Below, piece after piece: positions 16,933 to 26,293 of a DNA stretch of 26,642 nt; position 1 is the stretch's first letter, and every line of letters begins with the position of its first letter. The stretch is taken from positions 1 through 26,642 of the forward strand of contig JBBIMK010000025.1 of the NCBI GenBank assembly GCA_037444445.1. The letters run 5' to 3'. The notes below the pieces were generated by a model that saw only the letters and a program-made list of their open reading frames with translations, did not search any database and was not told the DNA's origin. The DNA comes from a bacterium (GTDB lineage: Bacteria; UBP7; UBA6624; JBBIMK01). Both the position numbers and the translations under genes were made by a program.

Positions 16933-17886
16933 GTGGAGAAAGCACTTCTGGGGAAAACGGATTTAGAGGTAACCAAAATCGGGCTTGGAGCCTGGCAGTT
17001 TGGTGAACCCGCCTGGGGGTGGGGCACTACCCACTCGGAGAAAGAAGCCATAGAAATCATTCATCAAGCGTTGGACCTGGGAATCAACTGGATAGATACC
17101 GCAGAGGTTTATGGCAACGGAATTTCGGAAGAGGTGGTGGCAAAAGCCTTAAAGCACAGAAGGAAAGAGGTGGTGATAGCCACGAAGGTTTCTGGAGCCC
17201 ATCTCCGCCCGGTGGATATTCAAAAGGCATTGGAAGGGAGCCTCAGGCGCCTGAAAACAGACTATATAGATTTATATCAAATCCACTGGCCCAGTTACTA
17301 TGTTCCTCTAAGGGATACGATGGCAACCCTATCGGAATGGGTGAATGTCGGGCACATCCGGTATGTGGGGGTGAGCAATTTTCCCGTTTCACTCCTCAAG
17401 GAGGCGGCGGAAGCCTTCGCACCGAAAAAAATTATCACCCATCAGGTCCGTTATAACCTGCTTCAGAGGGAGATAGAAAGGGAAATTCTGCCTTACTGCA
17501 GGCAGACCGGGATAGACATCATTGCCTACAGCCCTCTTGCCCAGGGAGTTCTCACAGGGAAATATGACAGTCATCTAAAAATTCAGAAAGGGCCCTGGGG
17601 AAGCCTTCGGCTGTTTGCCAACGAGGGAAACTTTCATCAGGCGAAGGGTGTGTTAGAAGTGATGCAGAAGATTGCTATGGAGAGGGGAGTGGAACCGGCG
17701 CAGGTGGCTCTCCGATGGCTGATACAGAAAGAAGGGGTAGTGGCGATTCCAGGTGCGAAATCCATCCAGCAACTCATCACCAATGTGGGTGCATTCGGAT
17801 GGTCTTTAAGCCAGGAGGAAACGGAGTGGCTGGATACCGCCTCCGCCCACCTCTCCCTGACTGCTTACGCTTTAAGCGAAGATTAA
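16933..17886 (+). CDS. Aldo/keto reductase
   Basis: Motifs GLGAWQFG, IDTAEVYGNG and DLYQIHWP are present. The start is GTG, preceded by GGAGAGGAGGGGGAAAG. Confidence 0.9.
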   Translation: MEKALLGKTDLEVTKIGLGAWQFGEPAWGWGTTHSEKEAIEIIHQALDLGINWIDTAEVYGNGISEEVVAKALKHRRKEVVIATKVSGAHLRPVDIQKALEGSLRRLKTDYIDLYQIHWPSYYVPLRDTMATLSEWVNVGHIRYVGVSNFPVSLLKEAAEAFAPKKIITHQVRYNLLQREIEREILPYCRQTGIDIIAYSPLAQGVLTGKYDSHLKIQKGPWGSLRLFANEGNFHQAKGVLEVMQKIAMERGVEPAQVALRWLIQKEGVVAIPGAKSIQQLITNVGAFGWSLSQEETEWLDTASAHLSLTAYALSED

Positions 17887-18106
17887 CAGCAGACACAAAA
17901 TTTCCTGCATCATAAGGATTTTGCGCTGGAGAGGTAGAAATCGTGCCTGCTTTTTCGCTGTATCTGGATGTAGTATGAAGGTTTGCGAGCCCTTTTATTC
18001 TGAATACCCACGATACGGTATCCCCGACCCCTTTTTACGAGGGGCTCTTCTTAAGCCTGATGGGGCTTTTAGGGGCTCTTGCCTTATTTCTGCCCTATCG
18101 CCGTAG

Positions 18107-18112
18107 TATAAT
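18107..18112 (+). promoter_or_regulatory. -10 hexamer TATAAT upstream of the pilin-like gene
   Basis: A perfect TATAAT lies 25 nt before ATG 18138, with a GGGGG SD in between. I found no good -35 element. Confidence 0.3.
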
Positions 18113-18137
18113 TTTTTTGGATAAGGGGGTGTGCAGA

Positions 18138-18677
18138 ATGAAAGGAGCAGGGTGTAAAGTGAAACGGCGCTGGCATACCGCAGGAACAATTTTTTTTCTT
18201 ACCCTGTTTGCCTTTTCAGGAGGTTTTTGCCCTGTATTCCGGGAAAATATCAGGATAGCGAGGGACAAAGCGAAGGAAGTGCAGGTGAAAGCCAATCTGC
18301 GTATCATCCAGATGGCGTTAGAGCGCTATTCCAACGATAATAAAGGGCTTTACCCGACGGATATTCAGGGAGTTATTGCCGCTGGCTATCTGAATCGCTG
18401 GCCGCTGAATCCGTTCACCCAAACGGAAGAAAAACCGGCGGAGAGTATGAAGCCGGTTCCATGGGGGCATCCTTCGGCAGGAGATTTTTCCTACTGGGTG
18501 AACAAAGCACGAAATTCTCACTGTCTCGTTGCCTACGGCTCTGCCTCAACTCCTGGAATGGATAACACGAGAATTATCACTGTGTATAGCGCCAGTTCCG
18601 GGGAAGAGCCGGCGGAACCCGACCCTACCCAGCCTGAGATATGCCGCACCTCTCCACTTTCACCACCTCTAAAATAA
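18138..18677 (+). CDS. Membrane-anchored protein with a GspG/type IV pilin-like globular domain
   Basis: KANLRIIQMALERYSNDNKGLYPTDIQGVIAAGYLNRWPLNPFT resembles the pseudopilin core. The N-terminus is hydrophobic but lacks the G/FTLIE prepilin motif. I chose ATG 18138 (SD present) over ATG 18060 (no SD). Confidence 0.6.
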   Translation: MKGAGCKVKRRWHTAGTIFFLTLFAFSGGFCPVFRENIRIARDKAKEVQVKANLRIIQMALERYSNDNKGLYPTDIQGVIAAGYLNRWPLNPFTQTEEKPAESMKPVPWGHPSAGDFSYWVNKARNSHCLVAYGSASTPGMDNTRIITVYSASSGEEPAEPDPTQPEICRTSPLSPPLK

Positions 18678-18687
18678 GGGTGGGAAT

Positions 18688-19458
18688 GTGCGGAGGCGGC
18701 TGAGCCAGGTTTTTCTCACCTCTCCATCGGTCCTGCAGAGGATTGTGGAGTCAGCCGAACTATCGCCTCAGGAGCGGGTGATGGAAATCGGGGCTGGAAC
18801 GGGCAATCTGACCGCGCTTCTAACATCCGAAGTCAAACTTCTGCTGGCGTTTGAAATTGACCCTCGCCTCTGCGAAACCCTGCGTTCCCGCCTGGCTCAC
18901 TTTCCATCCCTGAAAATCCTGAACCAGGATTTTTTGGCCTACCCGCTGGAACAAGAATCCGGAGAATATATCCTGATGGGAAATATCCCCTATCACATCA
19001 CTACCCCCCTGTTAGAGAAGGTCATCGCTCATCGTTCTCTGTTCCCCCGGGTCATCTGGATGGTGCAAAAGGAAGTGGCACAGAGGATTTCCGCATCTCC
19101 CGGGTCAAAAGTATATGGACGGCTGTCCATATTTGTTCAATACTTCTATGAATCTGAAATTTTATTCACGGTTTCCCGGCGGAATTTTCGGCCGATGCCG
19201 GCGGTAGACTCTGCGGTCATACGGCTTCGGCGAAGGGCCTTCCCTGCTGTAGAAGTGCCCGACGAGAAATTTCTCTTTCAGGTCATCCAATGGGCATTCG
19301 CTCACCGCCGGAAGACTGTGCAGAATGCGCTTTCCTCGCACCTCCCCCTGCCAGAGATACAACAGGCCTTGAAAGGAGCGGGTATCTCTCCTCGGGCTCG
19401 TGCGGAAACCCTTTCCCTGTCAGATTTCGCAATCCTTTCCACCTTCCTGAAACAATAA
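18688..19458 (+). CDS. rsmA: 16S rRNA (adenine1518/1519-N6)-dimethyltransferase
   Basis: Motifs LSQVFL, the SAM motif EIGAGTGNLT, and GNIPYHITTPLL are present. The start is GTG, preceded by AAGGGTGGGA. Confidence 0.9.
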   Translation: MRRRLSQVFLTSPSVLQRIVESAELSPQERVMEIGAGTGNLTALLTSEVKLLLAFEIDPRLCETLRSRLAHFPSLKILNQDFLAYPLEQESGEYILMGNIPYHITTPLLEKVIAHRSLFPRVIWMVQKEVAQRISASPGSKVYGRLSIFVQYFYESEILFTVSRRNFRPMPAVDSAVIRLRRRAFPAVEVPDEKFLFQVIQWAFAHRRKTVQNALSSHLPLPEIQQALKGAGISPRARAETLSLSDFAILSTFLKQ

Positions 19459-19533
19459 TGACACAGTTTGGGGTCAGGCACCAAATGGTGACATTATTTT
19501 TTTATTTTTCTTCGTGTTATCTTCTTTCACCCG

Positions 19534-19542
19534 TGGTATAAT
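19534..19542 (+). promoter_or_regulatory. Consensus extended -10 (TGgTATAAT), likely giving a leaderless transcript
   Basis: TGGTATAAT ends 5 nt before GTG 19548 and 8 nt before ATG 19551, with no SD. Confidence 0.45.
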
Positions 19543-19550
19543 CAAGGGTG

Positions 19551-20234
19551 ATGAGAAAGACCTGGAAAATAGGGATTCTGAGCGTCATTCTGCTGACGGT
19601 GGTGGCGTTTCTTCTGTTTTTCATCCTCTCTTATTTTCTTTATACTTCCCGAATCCCTGCGGTGGGCGATGTGTTCGTCTACCGGCAGGTGGGGGGGCTG
19701 GAAGGAGGGGGAAAGTATGAAATCCGGGTTACGGACAGAAACGAAGACCGCAAAATCCTCACCTTCACTGGCACTCCAAAAGGCAGTTCCTTCTACACTT
19801 TAAAAATGGAATTCTCCTATGCAGGGAAATATCTGGAGATTAGGAAGGTGGAAGGGTGGGATTACGAAGCCTTCACCTGTGATATAGTGCGTGGAGAGGG
19901 GGGTTTTCAATTCACCCCGGTGAAGCGAATTTTTCGGAAAACGAAGGAGTTCAGCTTCCGAGCGGTGTGCGGAGGGGAGGGAAGCATCACTTTTATGGAC
20001 CATTCGGAGTGGGAGAAGGAAAAAGAAGTCATCGTTCCCGCCGGCGTCTATGACACCTATCGGGTCTCCCACCGCGTCACCTACCCTTTCCGGGAAGAAG
20101 AGGAGGGAAGAGGCACCTTTTATTATTCCCCTGAGCTCGGCTTCCTTGTCAAATTTGAGGTTCTAACTGAAGGCAGCACTTATCGTTTTGAACTTGTTTC
20201 CTACAGCGCCGGTGGCAGCACCGTCTCTCCTTAG
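19551..20234 (+). CDS. Hypothetical membrane-anchored protein
   Basis: An N-terminal TM helix (IGILSVILLTVVAFLLFFILSYFL) is followed by a beta-rich soluble region. I recognise no family. The start is ATG 19551 or GTG 19548. Confidence 0.65.
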   Translation: MRKTWKIGILSVILLTVVAFLLFFILSYFLYTSRIPAVGDVFVYRQVGGLEGGGKYEIRVTDRNEDRKILTFTGTPKGSSFYTLKMEFSYAGKYLEIRKVEGWDYEAFTCDIVRGEGGFQFTPVKRIFRKTKEFSFRAVCGGEGSITFMDHSEWEKEKEVIVPAGVYDTYRVSHRVTYPFREEEEGRGTFYYSPELGFLVKFEVLTEGSTYRFELVSYSAGGSTVSP

Positions 20235-20293
20235 CAATGGATTGGTATCAGCGGTGGAGATTTCATCGTCGGGCGGTCAAACCTCCCCGTATG

Positions 20294-20302
20294 TGGTAAA
20301 AT
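20294..20302 (+). promoter_or_regulatory. Extended -10 (TGgTAAAAT) upstream of the M16 peptidase operon
   Basis: TGGTAAAAT lies 21 nt before GTG 20324, with an AGGAAAA purine tract in between. Confidence 0.4.
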
Positions 20303-20323
20303 TACGAAGGTGCGATAGGAAAA

Positions 20324-21625
20324 GTGAAAACAGATAGTCCTGTTCGGAGGCTTCCCATTCGTTATCAGCGCCTCCATAATGGGCTGGAAGTTCTGGTGGT
20401 GCAGGACCATTCCTCTCCCGTCGTTTCGGTGCAGGTATGGTATCGGGTGGGGAGCCGGTATGACCCGCCGGGGCTTACGGGCATTTCCCACTTCCTGGAG
20501 CATCTGATGTTCAAAGGCACTCAAAAATATAAGCCTGAAGAGTGTTCTCTGATTATCCAGCGGATGGGAGGGATGAATAATGCGTTCACATTTGAGGACG
20601 CTACCGTCTATGTGAGCGAGATTCCTGCTTTCGGCGTGGATACGGTTCTGGAGATGGAAGCAGACCGGTTAAGGAATTTGATGATTCGGGATTTTGAACA
20701 GGAAAAGAAGGTGGTGATGGAGGAGCGAAGAAGGAGTGTGGACAATGACCCCTTCGGCTTGCTGTATGAGCATCTTCGGGCCGTAACCTTCCTGATACAC
20801 CCCTATAAACATCCTATCATCGGCTGGATGGCTGACCTGGAACGAATGAAAGCGGAGGATGTCAGGCAACACTACGCCCGATATTACCGCCCGGACAATA
20901 CCTTTATCGTTCTTGCCGGCGATATAGACCTGCGGGAAGCGATAAAGAAGGTCAACCCATACTTTGGGAAATTAAAGTCGGGTAGACAACCGGATAAGAA
21001 ACCTCCCCGGGCGCTGGAGGAGCCACCGGTGTACGGACCCCGGGAAGTGGTGGTGGAAAAGCCTGGAGTGACGCCCATCCTCGCCTATGCCTACCCGATT
21101 CCAGCCTTCAAGAGCAAGGAGGTGGGAACTTTAGAAGTTCTCTCCCGCATCCTTTCGTCCGGTGAGAGTTCTCGCCTCTATCGTTCTCTCGTGTATGAAA
21201 AACAGATGGCTACGGAGGCGTCGGGGGATGCGAAGATGTATCAGGAGGCAGGGTTGTTTTATTTCTTTCTCTTCCCCCGCCCGGAAGTGGCGATTTCTGA
21301 CCTGAAGAAGGCTCTATCGGAGGATATTTCTCGCCTGCAAAAGTATCCAGTGGAGCCCTGGGAACTGGAAAAGGCAAAAAATCAAGTCATTGCGGAATGG
21401 GTGTTCGGCCAGGATGGCTGCCTGTATCAGGGCTTCTTCGTTGGTATGTGCCACCTGATGGACCATTACAGGCGCGCTCACACTCTGGTGGAAGAAGTGC
21501 AGAAGGTCACGGCGGAGGATGTCCTTCGGGTGGCTCAAACTTATCTATCGGAGTCCCGGCGAACGACGGGAATCTTCCAGCCGAAACCCGGGGAGAAGAC
21601 AGGCGAGGTTCAGGAAGCGGAATGA
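20324..21625 (+). CDS. M16 (pitrilysin) family zinc peptidase, active subunit
   Basis: The inverted zinc motif HFLEH is present in GISHFLEHLMFKGT, with the downstream NAFTFEDATVY Glu region. Confidence 0.9.
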   Translation: MKTDSPVRRLPIRYQRLHNGLEVLVVQDHSSPVVSVQVWYRVGSRYDPPGLTGISHFLEHLMFKGTQKYKPEECSLIIQRMGGMNNAFTFEDATVYVSEIPAFGVDTVLEMEADRLRNLMIRDFEQEKKVVMEERRRSVDNDPFGLLYEHLRAVTFLIHPYKHPIIGWMADLERMKAEDVRQHYARYYRPDNTFIVLAGDIDLREAIKKVNPYFGKLKSGRQPDKKPPRALEEPPVYGPREVVVEKPGVTPILAYAYPIPAFKSKEVGTLEVLSRILSSGESSRLYRSLVYEKQMATEASGDAKMYQEAGLFYFFLFPRPEVAISDLKKALSEDISRLQKYPVEPWELEKAKNQVIAEWVFGQDGCLYQGFFVGMCHLMDHYRRAHTLVEEVQKVTAEDVLRVAQTYLSESRRTTGIFQPKPGEKTGEVQEAE

Positions 21626-22983
21626 AAGACAGGGAATACGGGGTTTTCTCCAACGGACTCCACTATGCACTGGCACATAAGGGGAATCTTCCCATCAGCG
21701 TGGTGGGAATGACGCTACAGGCGGGGAGTTATGAGGACCCGCCCGGGAAGGAGGGCACATCCAATGTATTGATGCAGGTGATAGATAAGGGAGTGGAAGG
21801 GCTTGGGGCATACGAGGTAGCGCGGGCGCTGGATGGTCTCGGCGCTCGCCTGTCCACCGCCACCAGCCCTTTCTCCCTTTCCATCACCCTCCAGGTTATC
21901 ACTCCCCGTTTATCCCCTGCCCTGGATTTATTTAGTCGGTTGTTGCGTCAGCCTGCCCTTGCGGATGAAGAAGTGGAACGGGCAAAACAGATGATTCAGG
22001 CGGAAATGGTGCAGGCTCGTCAGGAGCCTTCCGAAGTCTTACAGGATGTGTATCGGGAGGTGCTGTATGCCGGGCATCCCCTGCACCGCCCCGTGGAGGG
22101 ATATTTTTCAACTCTGTCCAGAGTGAGCGGGGAAGATGTTCGTTCTTTTCATCACACCTACTTTCTGCCGGAGAATGGAATTTTAGTGGGCGTGTCCAAC
22201 CTTCCCCTGTCAGAATTTCACGCTCAACTGGAATCCGCTTTTGGTGGATGGAAGGGAGAGAGACTGCCCGGTCAGGCTTCGGGGATTGTCAGGGAACTTC
22301 CACCTCTGCCCGGTCTGAGTTCTCCCCGTGCAATTGTAGTGAATATGGATGTAAATCAGGCGTTCGTGCTGATGGGGAATTATAGCCTCCGGAGGAAGGA
22401 CGATTGGTATTCTCCTGCCCGGGTGTTGAACTACATCTATGGAGGAGGAGGGTTCGCCTCTCGTCTCTTCCAGAGCATCCGTAATGAAAAGGGCTATGCT
22501 TACGCCGTCTGGTCGGTCTTGAACCCGGGCCGTGACCTGCCGGGCTCCTTCTCCGTCGGGCTGGAAACGAAAACCGAACAGTTCCCCGATGCCCTTCACC
22601 TTCTTTTACAGATTCAGAAGGAAATCCAGCAGCGGGGTGTCAAACCCCGAGAACTTAAAGATGCCATTTCCTACTACCGGGGCTCCCTCGCCCGAAGAAT
22701 GCAAACCTATGGACAACTGGCTTCCCTGCTGAGTGAAAAAGTATTCTACGATTTGCCGGATGCCTTCTGGAAGAAAGAGATAGAAGAAATCCAGCAGTTA
22801 AGGGGGAAGGATGTGAAAAGCGCGGCAGAGCGCCTATTTTCTCCCTCGGCTTACGCCCTGGCGCTGGTGATAAAGGCAGAGGAGCCCCCTGAAATTTCGG
22901 GTCTACAATCTGACTCTATCCGTTTTTTCTCATCCGTCTATGACTTCTACGAGTTCCTGCAGGGTGCGGATGCAAAACTGTAA
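21622..22983 (+). CDS. M16 family peptidase, non-catalytic partner subunit
   Basis: The start at ATG 21622 overlaps the upstream stop (ATGA). The sequence is M16-like, but the HxxEH position reads SNVLMQVIDKG. Upstream codons of the 528-aa ORF overlap the preceding gene. Confidence 0.85.
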   Translation: MKDREYGVFSNGLHYALAHKGNLPISVVGMTLQAGSYEDPPGKEGTSNVLMQVIDKGVEGLGAYEVARALDGLGARLSTATSPFSLSITLQVITPRLSPALDLFSRLLRQPALADEEVERAKQMIQAEMVQARQEPSEVLQDVYREVLYAGHPLHRPVEGYFSTLSRVSGEDVRSFHHTYFLPENGILVGVSNLPLSEFHAQLESAFGGWKGERLPGQASGIVRELPPLPGLSSPRAIVVNMDVNQAFVLMGNYSLRRKDDWYSPARVLNYIYGGGGFASRLFQSIRNEKGYAYAVWSVLNPGRDLPGSFSVGLETKTEQFPDALHLLLQIQKEIQQRGVKPRELKDAISYYRGSLARRMQTYGQLASLLSEKVFYDLPDAFWKKEIEEIQQLRGKDVKSAAERLFSPSAYALALVIKAEEPPEISGLQSDSIRFFSSVYDFYEFLQGADAKL

Positions 22984-23035
22984 GGTGAGATTGGACATCC
23001 CATCGCACTCCGCACTCATCTTTCCTTCCAGTCTG

Positions 23036-23064
23036 TTGACGGATTCCCCGTGAAATGATAAGGT
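23036..23064 (+). promoter_or_regulatory. Sigma70-type promoter upstream of purA
   Basis: TTGACG (23036-23041) is followed by a 17-nt spacer ending in TGa, then TAAGGT (23059-23064). This lies 34 nt before ATG 23099. Confidence 0.45.
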
Positions 23065-23098
23065 AATGGTGGATGATTCTGGGTGAAGGGATGAGAGG

Positions 23099-24382
23099 AT
23101 GACAACCACAGTAGTGGTGGGCGCCCAGTGGGGTGATGAAGGAAAAGGGAAAGTGGTGGATGTGCTGGCGCCGGAGATGGATTTCATCGTCCGTTATCAC
23201 GGAGGGTCCAATGCAGGGCATACGGTTCTTCGCAACGGGCAGGAGTTCAAGTTTCACCTCCTTCCCTCCGGCTGTCTACGGCCGGAAAAGATTTCCGTCA
23301 TTGCCCCTGGAATGGTGCTGGACCTTCCTCTCCTGCTGGAGGAGATAGAAGCGCTGGAATCGTTCGGCGTGGAAAAACCCAACCTTCGCATCTCCCCGAA
23401 AGTCCATCTTGTTATGCCGTATCATAAACGGCTGGATGAACTGGAAGAAGCACGAAGAGGAGAGCGAGCGGTAGGCACGACGAAGCGGGGAATTGGGCCG
23501 GCATACGCCGATAGAGCGGCAAGAACCGGCATCCGTCTCAGCGACCTGTTTCACCCGGATGAGTTTCGTGAAAAACTGGCTTTTAACCTGGCAGAGAAGA
23601 ATGTTCTGTTCCAGCACCTGTACGGCGAGAACCCTATGCCCGTGGAACCGATGGTGGAAGAATATCTTCGCATGCGGGAAGCCATTGAACCGTATATGGC
23701 CGACACGGGTCATCTACTTCAGCAAGCCCTTCGGGAGAATAAGAATATCCTGTTTGAGGGAGCGCAGGGGACGCTATTGGATTTAGAATATGGCACCTAT
23801 CCCTATGTCACCTCCTCTCACACCATTAGTGCGGCGGTGGGGCTTTCCACCGGTGTGGGATTAAGGCAGATTGACCGCATCATCGGGGTTTCCAAAGCCT
23901 ATGCCACCCGGGTGGGTGGGGGTCCTTTCCCCACAGAACTGGTGGGAGGGCTGGGGGACCACATTCGGTCAGCCGGAAAAGAATATGGCGCCACCACCGG
24001 CAGACCCAGAAGATGTGGTTGGTTAGACCTGGTTCTTCTTCGCTACGCTGCCCGAGTGAATGACCTCACCTCCTTAGCCATCACCAAATTGGATGTCCTC
24101 CGGGGCCTGGAAAAAATCCAAGTGGCGGTGGCTTATCGCTATCAGGGACGCATCACGCAGGACCCACCGGAAGACCTGGGAAGGCTCTCCGAGTGTGAGC
24201 CCATCTATGAATCTTTTCCCGGCTGGTCAGAAGTGCCGAAAACGGAACAGTGGGAAGAAGCCCCGGAGCCCATCCAGAAATATATTGATTTTGTTCAGCG
24301 TGAAGTGGCAATTACCGTGGACATTTTGTCTTACAGCCCCGCCCCGGCGGATACCCTCCGTAACTCTCGTCTCAAGGCGTAA
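23099..24382 (+). CDS. purA: Adenylosuccinate synthetase
   Basis: The N-terminal P-loop GAQWGDEGKGK is present, along with GTTKRGIGPAY, GAQGTLLD and ATTGRPRRCGW. Confidence 0.95.
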   Translation: MTTTVVVGAQWGDEGKGKVVDVLAPEMDFIVRYHGGSNAGHTVLRNGQEFKFHLLPSGCLRPEKISVIAPGMVLDLPLLLEEIEALESFGVEKPNLRISPKVHLVMPYHKRLDELEEARRGERAVGTTKRGIGPAYADRAARTGIRLSDLFHPDEFREKLAFNLAEKNVLFQHLYGENPMPVEPMVEEYLRMREAIEPYMADTGHLLQQALRENKNILFEGAQGTLLDLEYGTYPYVTSSHTISAAVGLSTGVGLRQIDRIIGVSKAYATRVGGGPFPTELVGGLGDHIRSAGKEYGATTGRPRRCGWLDLVLLRYAARVNDLTSLAITKLDVLRGLEKIQVAVAYRYQGRITQDPPEDLGRLSECEPIYESFPGWSEVPKTEQWEEAPEPIQKYIDFVQREVAITVDILSYSPAPADTLRNSRLKA

Positions 24383-24440
24383 AAACCTCTGCAATGCCTG
24401 CAGATAGCCGATGCGAAAAGGGTTTCGTTGAGAATAGACT

Positions 24441-24818
24441 TCAGGATGTGGATTTTTTCAGCGATGTCGCCAACGATGGAAATCTTTCACCTCTCCCCTC
24501 ATAAGCCCGAATCAGAGCTATGAGCCAGAAGATAAATATGAGCAGAAGCCAGACCGGGATAACGAAAAGCCCAATAAAAGCCATTGCCAGCAGGATAGAA
24601 ATCATCACGGTTAAGAAGAATAGAAGAATGGATTGAACCGCATGGAAGGCGGTGAAACGGTTTTCCTTTTCAAAAATGATGAGCAAGAGGCTCGTGATAG
24701 TTCCAATGGGGGGAATGAGCGGGCTAAATAATTCACAGAAGCCACCACATCTGGCTTCACGCCGTAAAAATCCCTTTCTCCTTCTTCCATTCTCTTTTTC
24801 TCTCCTTCGCTGTCGCAT
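24441..24818 (-). CDS. DUF4870-like small membrane protein
   Basis: It has three hydrophobic segments and the motif FEKENRFTAFHAVQSILLF typical of DUF4870. The N-terminal Arg-rich extension makes the exact start uncertain. Confidence 0.65.
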   Translation of the reverse strand: MRQRRREKENGRRRKGFLRREARCGGFCELFSPLIPPIGTITSLLLIIFEKENRFTAFHAVQSILLFFLTVMISILLAMAFIGLFVIPVWLLLIFIFWLIALIRAYEGRGERFPSLATSLKKSTS

Positions 24819-24887
24819 CTTTTTAAATATAATGTGTATCGTAGTAAGAAGGAGGAGGTCTATTGAAGTATAACAGGGCGAGGGAGA

Positions 24888-26246
24888 ATGATGAAAGAGA
24901 GGGAGCGAATTTTAGTGGATATCGCAAAGAATGAGGCAAGATATTTAAGGGATTTGAAAGCACTTCTGCATCAGCCGTCGGTGTCTGCGCAAAGGCTGGG
25001 GCTGGAGGAGATGGCAGGGCTTCTGGTTCGGATGATGAGGAAATATGGGGTGAAGGCGAGAAGTATACCCGTGAAGGGCGGGGCGCCTATGGTGTATGGC
25101 GAAATCGGAAACCCCAACGGTGGCATCCTCCTGTTCTACAATCACTACGATGTTCAGCCGCCGGAGCCGCTGGAGTTGTGGAAAACCCCGCCGTTTGAAC
25201 CGGAAATTCGTGGGGGAAAAATCTACGCCCGAGGCGTGGCGGATAATAAAGGGAATATCCTCATCCGCCTGGCTGCCCTTCAGGTTTACCAGGACCTGTA
25301 TGGAAGTCTGCCCTTCCAGGTGAAATTTCTGGTGGAAGGGGAAGAAGAGATAGGCAGTCCTCACATGATAGAGTTTGTGGAAAGCTATAAAGACCTGTTG
25401 AGGGCGGATGCGTGCATCTGGGAATCGGGGGGAGTGAACTTTGCCGGTCAGCCTGTTTTAACTATGGGGTGCAAGGGCATCCTGTATGTGGAACTTATGG
25501 CAAGAGGCGCCAGAAGGGATGCCCACTCCGCGGGCGCTACCCATATCCCAAACCCCGCCTGGCGTTTGGTTCACGCCCTCGCAACCCTGAAAAACGAGCA
25601 AGAGCAGATACTCATAGATGGCTTCTACGACGATGTTCTGCCTCCTTCAGCGGAGGATATGCGGGCTTTGAAAAAAATTCCCCCGGAAGAAAATAAGATA
25701 AAAAAGAGTTTAGGGTTGAAAGAGTTCCTGCTGAATCTCAAAGGGCTGAAGTTGAAAAAAAGAGCCCTGTTTGAGCCCACCTGCAACATCTGTGGAATGA
25801 TTTCTGGATACACAGGACCCGGGGGCAAAACTGTGCTACCTTCCTCCGCCCGGGTGAAGTTGGATTTTCGCCTCGTCCCGAATCAGAAGCCGGAGGACAT
25901 ATTGAAGAAACTGAAGGCGCATTTCCAGAAACACGGATTTGGAGATGTGGTGATGAGCACCGTAGAGCAGGGAGAATATCCCGCCCGGACGCCGTTAGGA
26001 CATCCCTTCGTTCGTCTGGTTCAAGAAGTGGCAGAAGAAGTGTATCAAAAGGAAGCAGTTTTAGAGCCGATGACCGGAGGAACAGGTCCAATGCATCCGT
26101 TCATCCACACTCTGGGCTTACCCGTGGTTTCCGTGGGAGCGGGGTATCCCGATTGCAGAGCTCATGCACCCAACGAAAATCTTCGGCTTTCCGACATCCG
26201 AAAAGGCATCCTCTTCATCGTGACCCTCCTGCGGAATTTCAGGTAA
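24888..26246 (+). CDS. M20 family metallopeptidase (dipeptidase/ArgE-DapE-like)
   Basis: Motifs NHYDVQP, ARGVADNKG and EGEEEIGS provide the metal ligands. GAGGGAG precedes the ATG. Confidence 0.9.
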   Translation: MMKERERILVDIAKNEARYLRDLKALLHQPSVSAQRLGLEEMAGLLVRMMRKYGVKARSIPVKGGAPMVYGEIGNPNGGILLFYNHYDVQPPEPLELWKTPPFEPEIRGGKIYARGVADNKGNILIRLAALQVYQDLYGSLPFQVKFLVEGEEEIGSPHMIEFVESYKDLLRADACIWESGGVNFAGQPVLTMGCKGILYVELMARGARRDAHSAGATHIPNPAWRLVHALATLKNEQEQILIDGFYDDVLPPSAEDMRALKKIPPEENKIKKSLGLKEFLLNLKGLKLKKRALFEPTCNICGMISGYTGPGGKTVLPSSARVKLDFRLVPNQKPEDILKKLKAHFQKHGFGDVVMSTVEQGEYPARTPLGHPFVRLVQEVAEEVYQKEAVLEPMTGGTGPMHPFIHTLGLPVVSVGAGYPDCRAHAPNENLRLSDIRKGILFIVTLLRNFR

Positions 26247-26247
26247 T

Positions 26248-26261
26248 CGTTTCAATCCTCT
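26248..26261 (-). repeat. Orphan 14-nt copy of the CRISPR-like repeat end (AGAGGATTGAAACG on the minus strand)
   Basis: CGTTTCAATCCTCT occurs identically at 26248-26261 and 26603-26616. Confidence 0.4.
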
Positions 26262-26275
26262 TACAGGATGCAGGT

Positions 26276-26293
26276 TGCGGATTGCAATCCGCA
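26276..26293. repeat. 18-nt perfect palindrome between convergent genes
   Basis: TGCGGATTGCAATCCGCA is self-complementary. It abuts the stop of the minus-strand ORF and lies 30 nt after the M20 gene stop. There is no T-run, so it is not a classic terminator. Confidence 0.5.

Noticed and set aside
17887-18137. A 250-nt intergenic region with three GGGGCT(C/T)TT copies (18041, 18062, 18072) and small hairpins, as a possible ncRNA or operator cluster.
   Set aside because: The repeats are short and largely explained by two weak hairpins (CCCCT/AGGGG and AAGCC/GGCTT). The region also has to hold the terminator of the reductase gene and the promoter of the next gene. I recognise no RNA family signature.
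21397-21621. The extension of the second M16 peptidase ORF (528-aa version).
   Set aside because: It overlaps the first M16 gene. ATG 21622 gives the classic ATGA stop/start overlap and a normal-length subunit.
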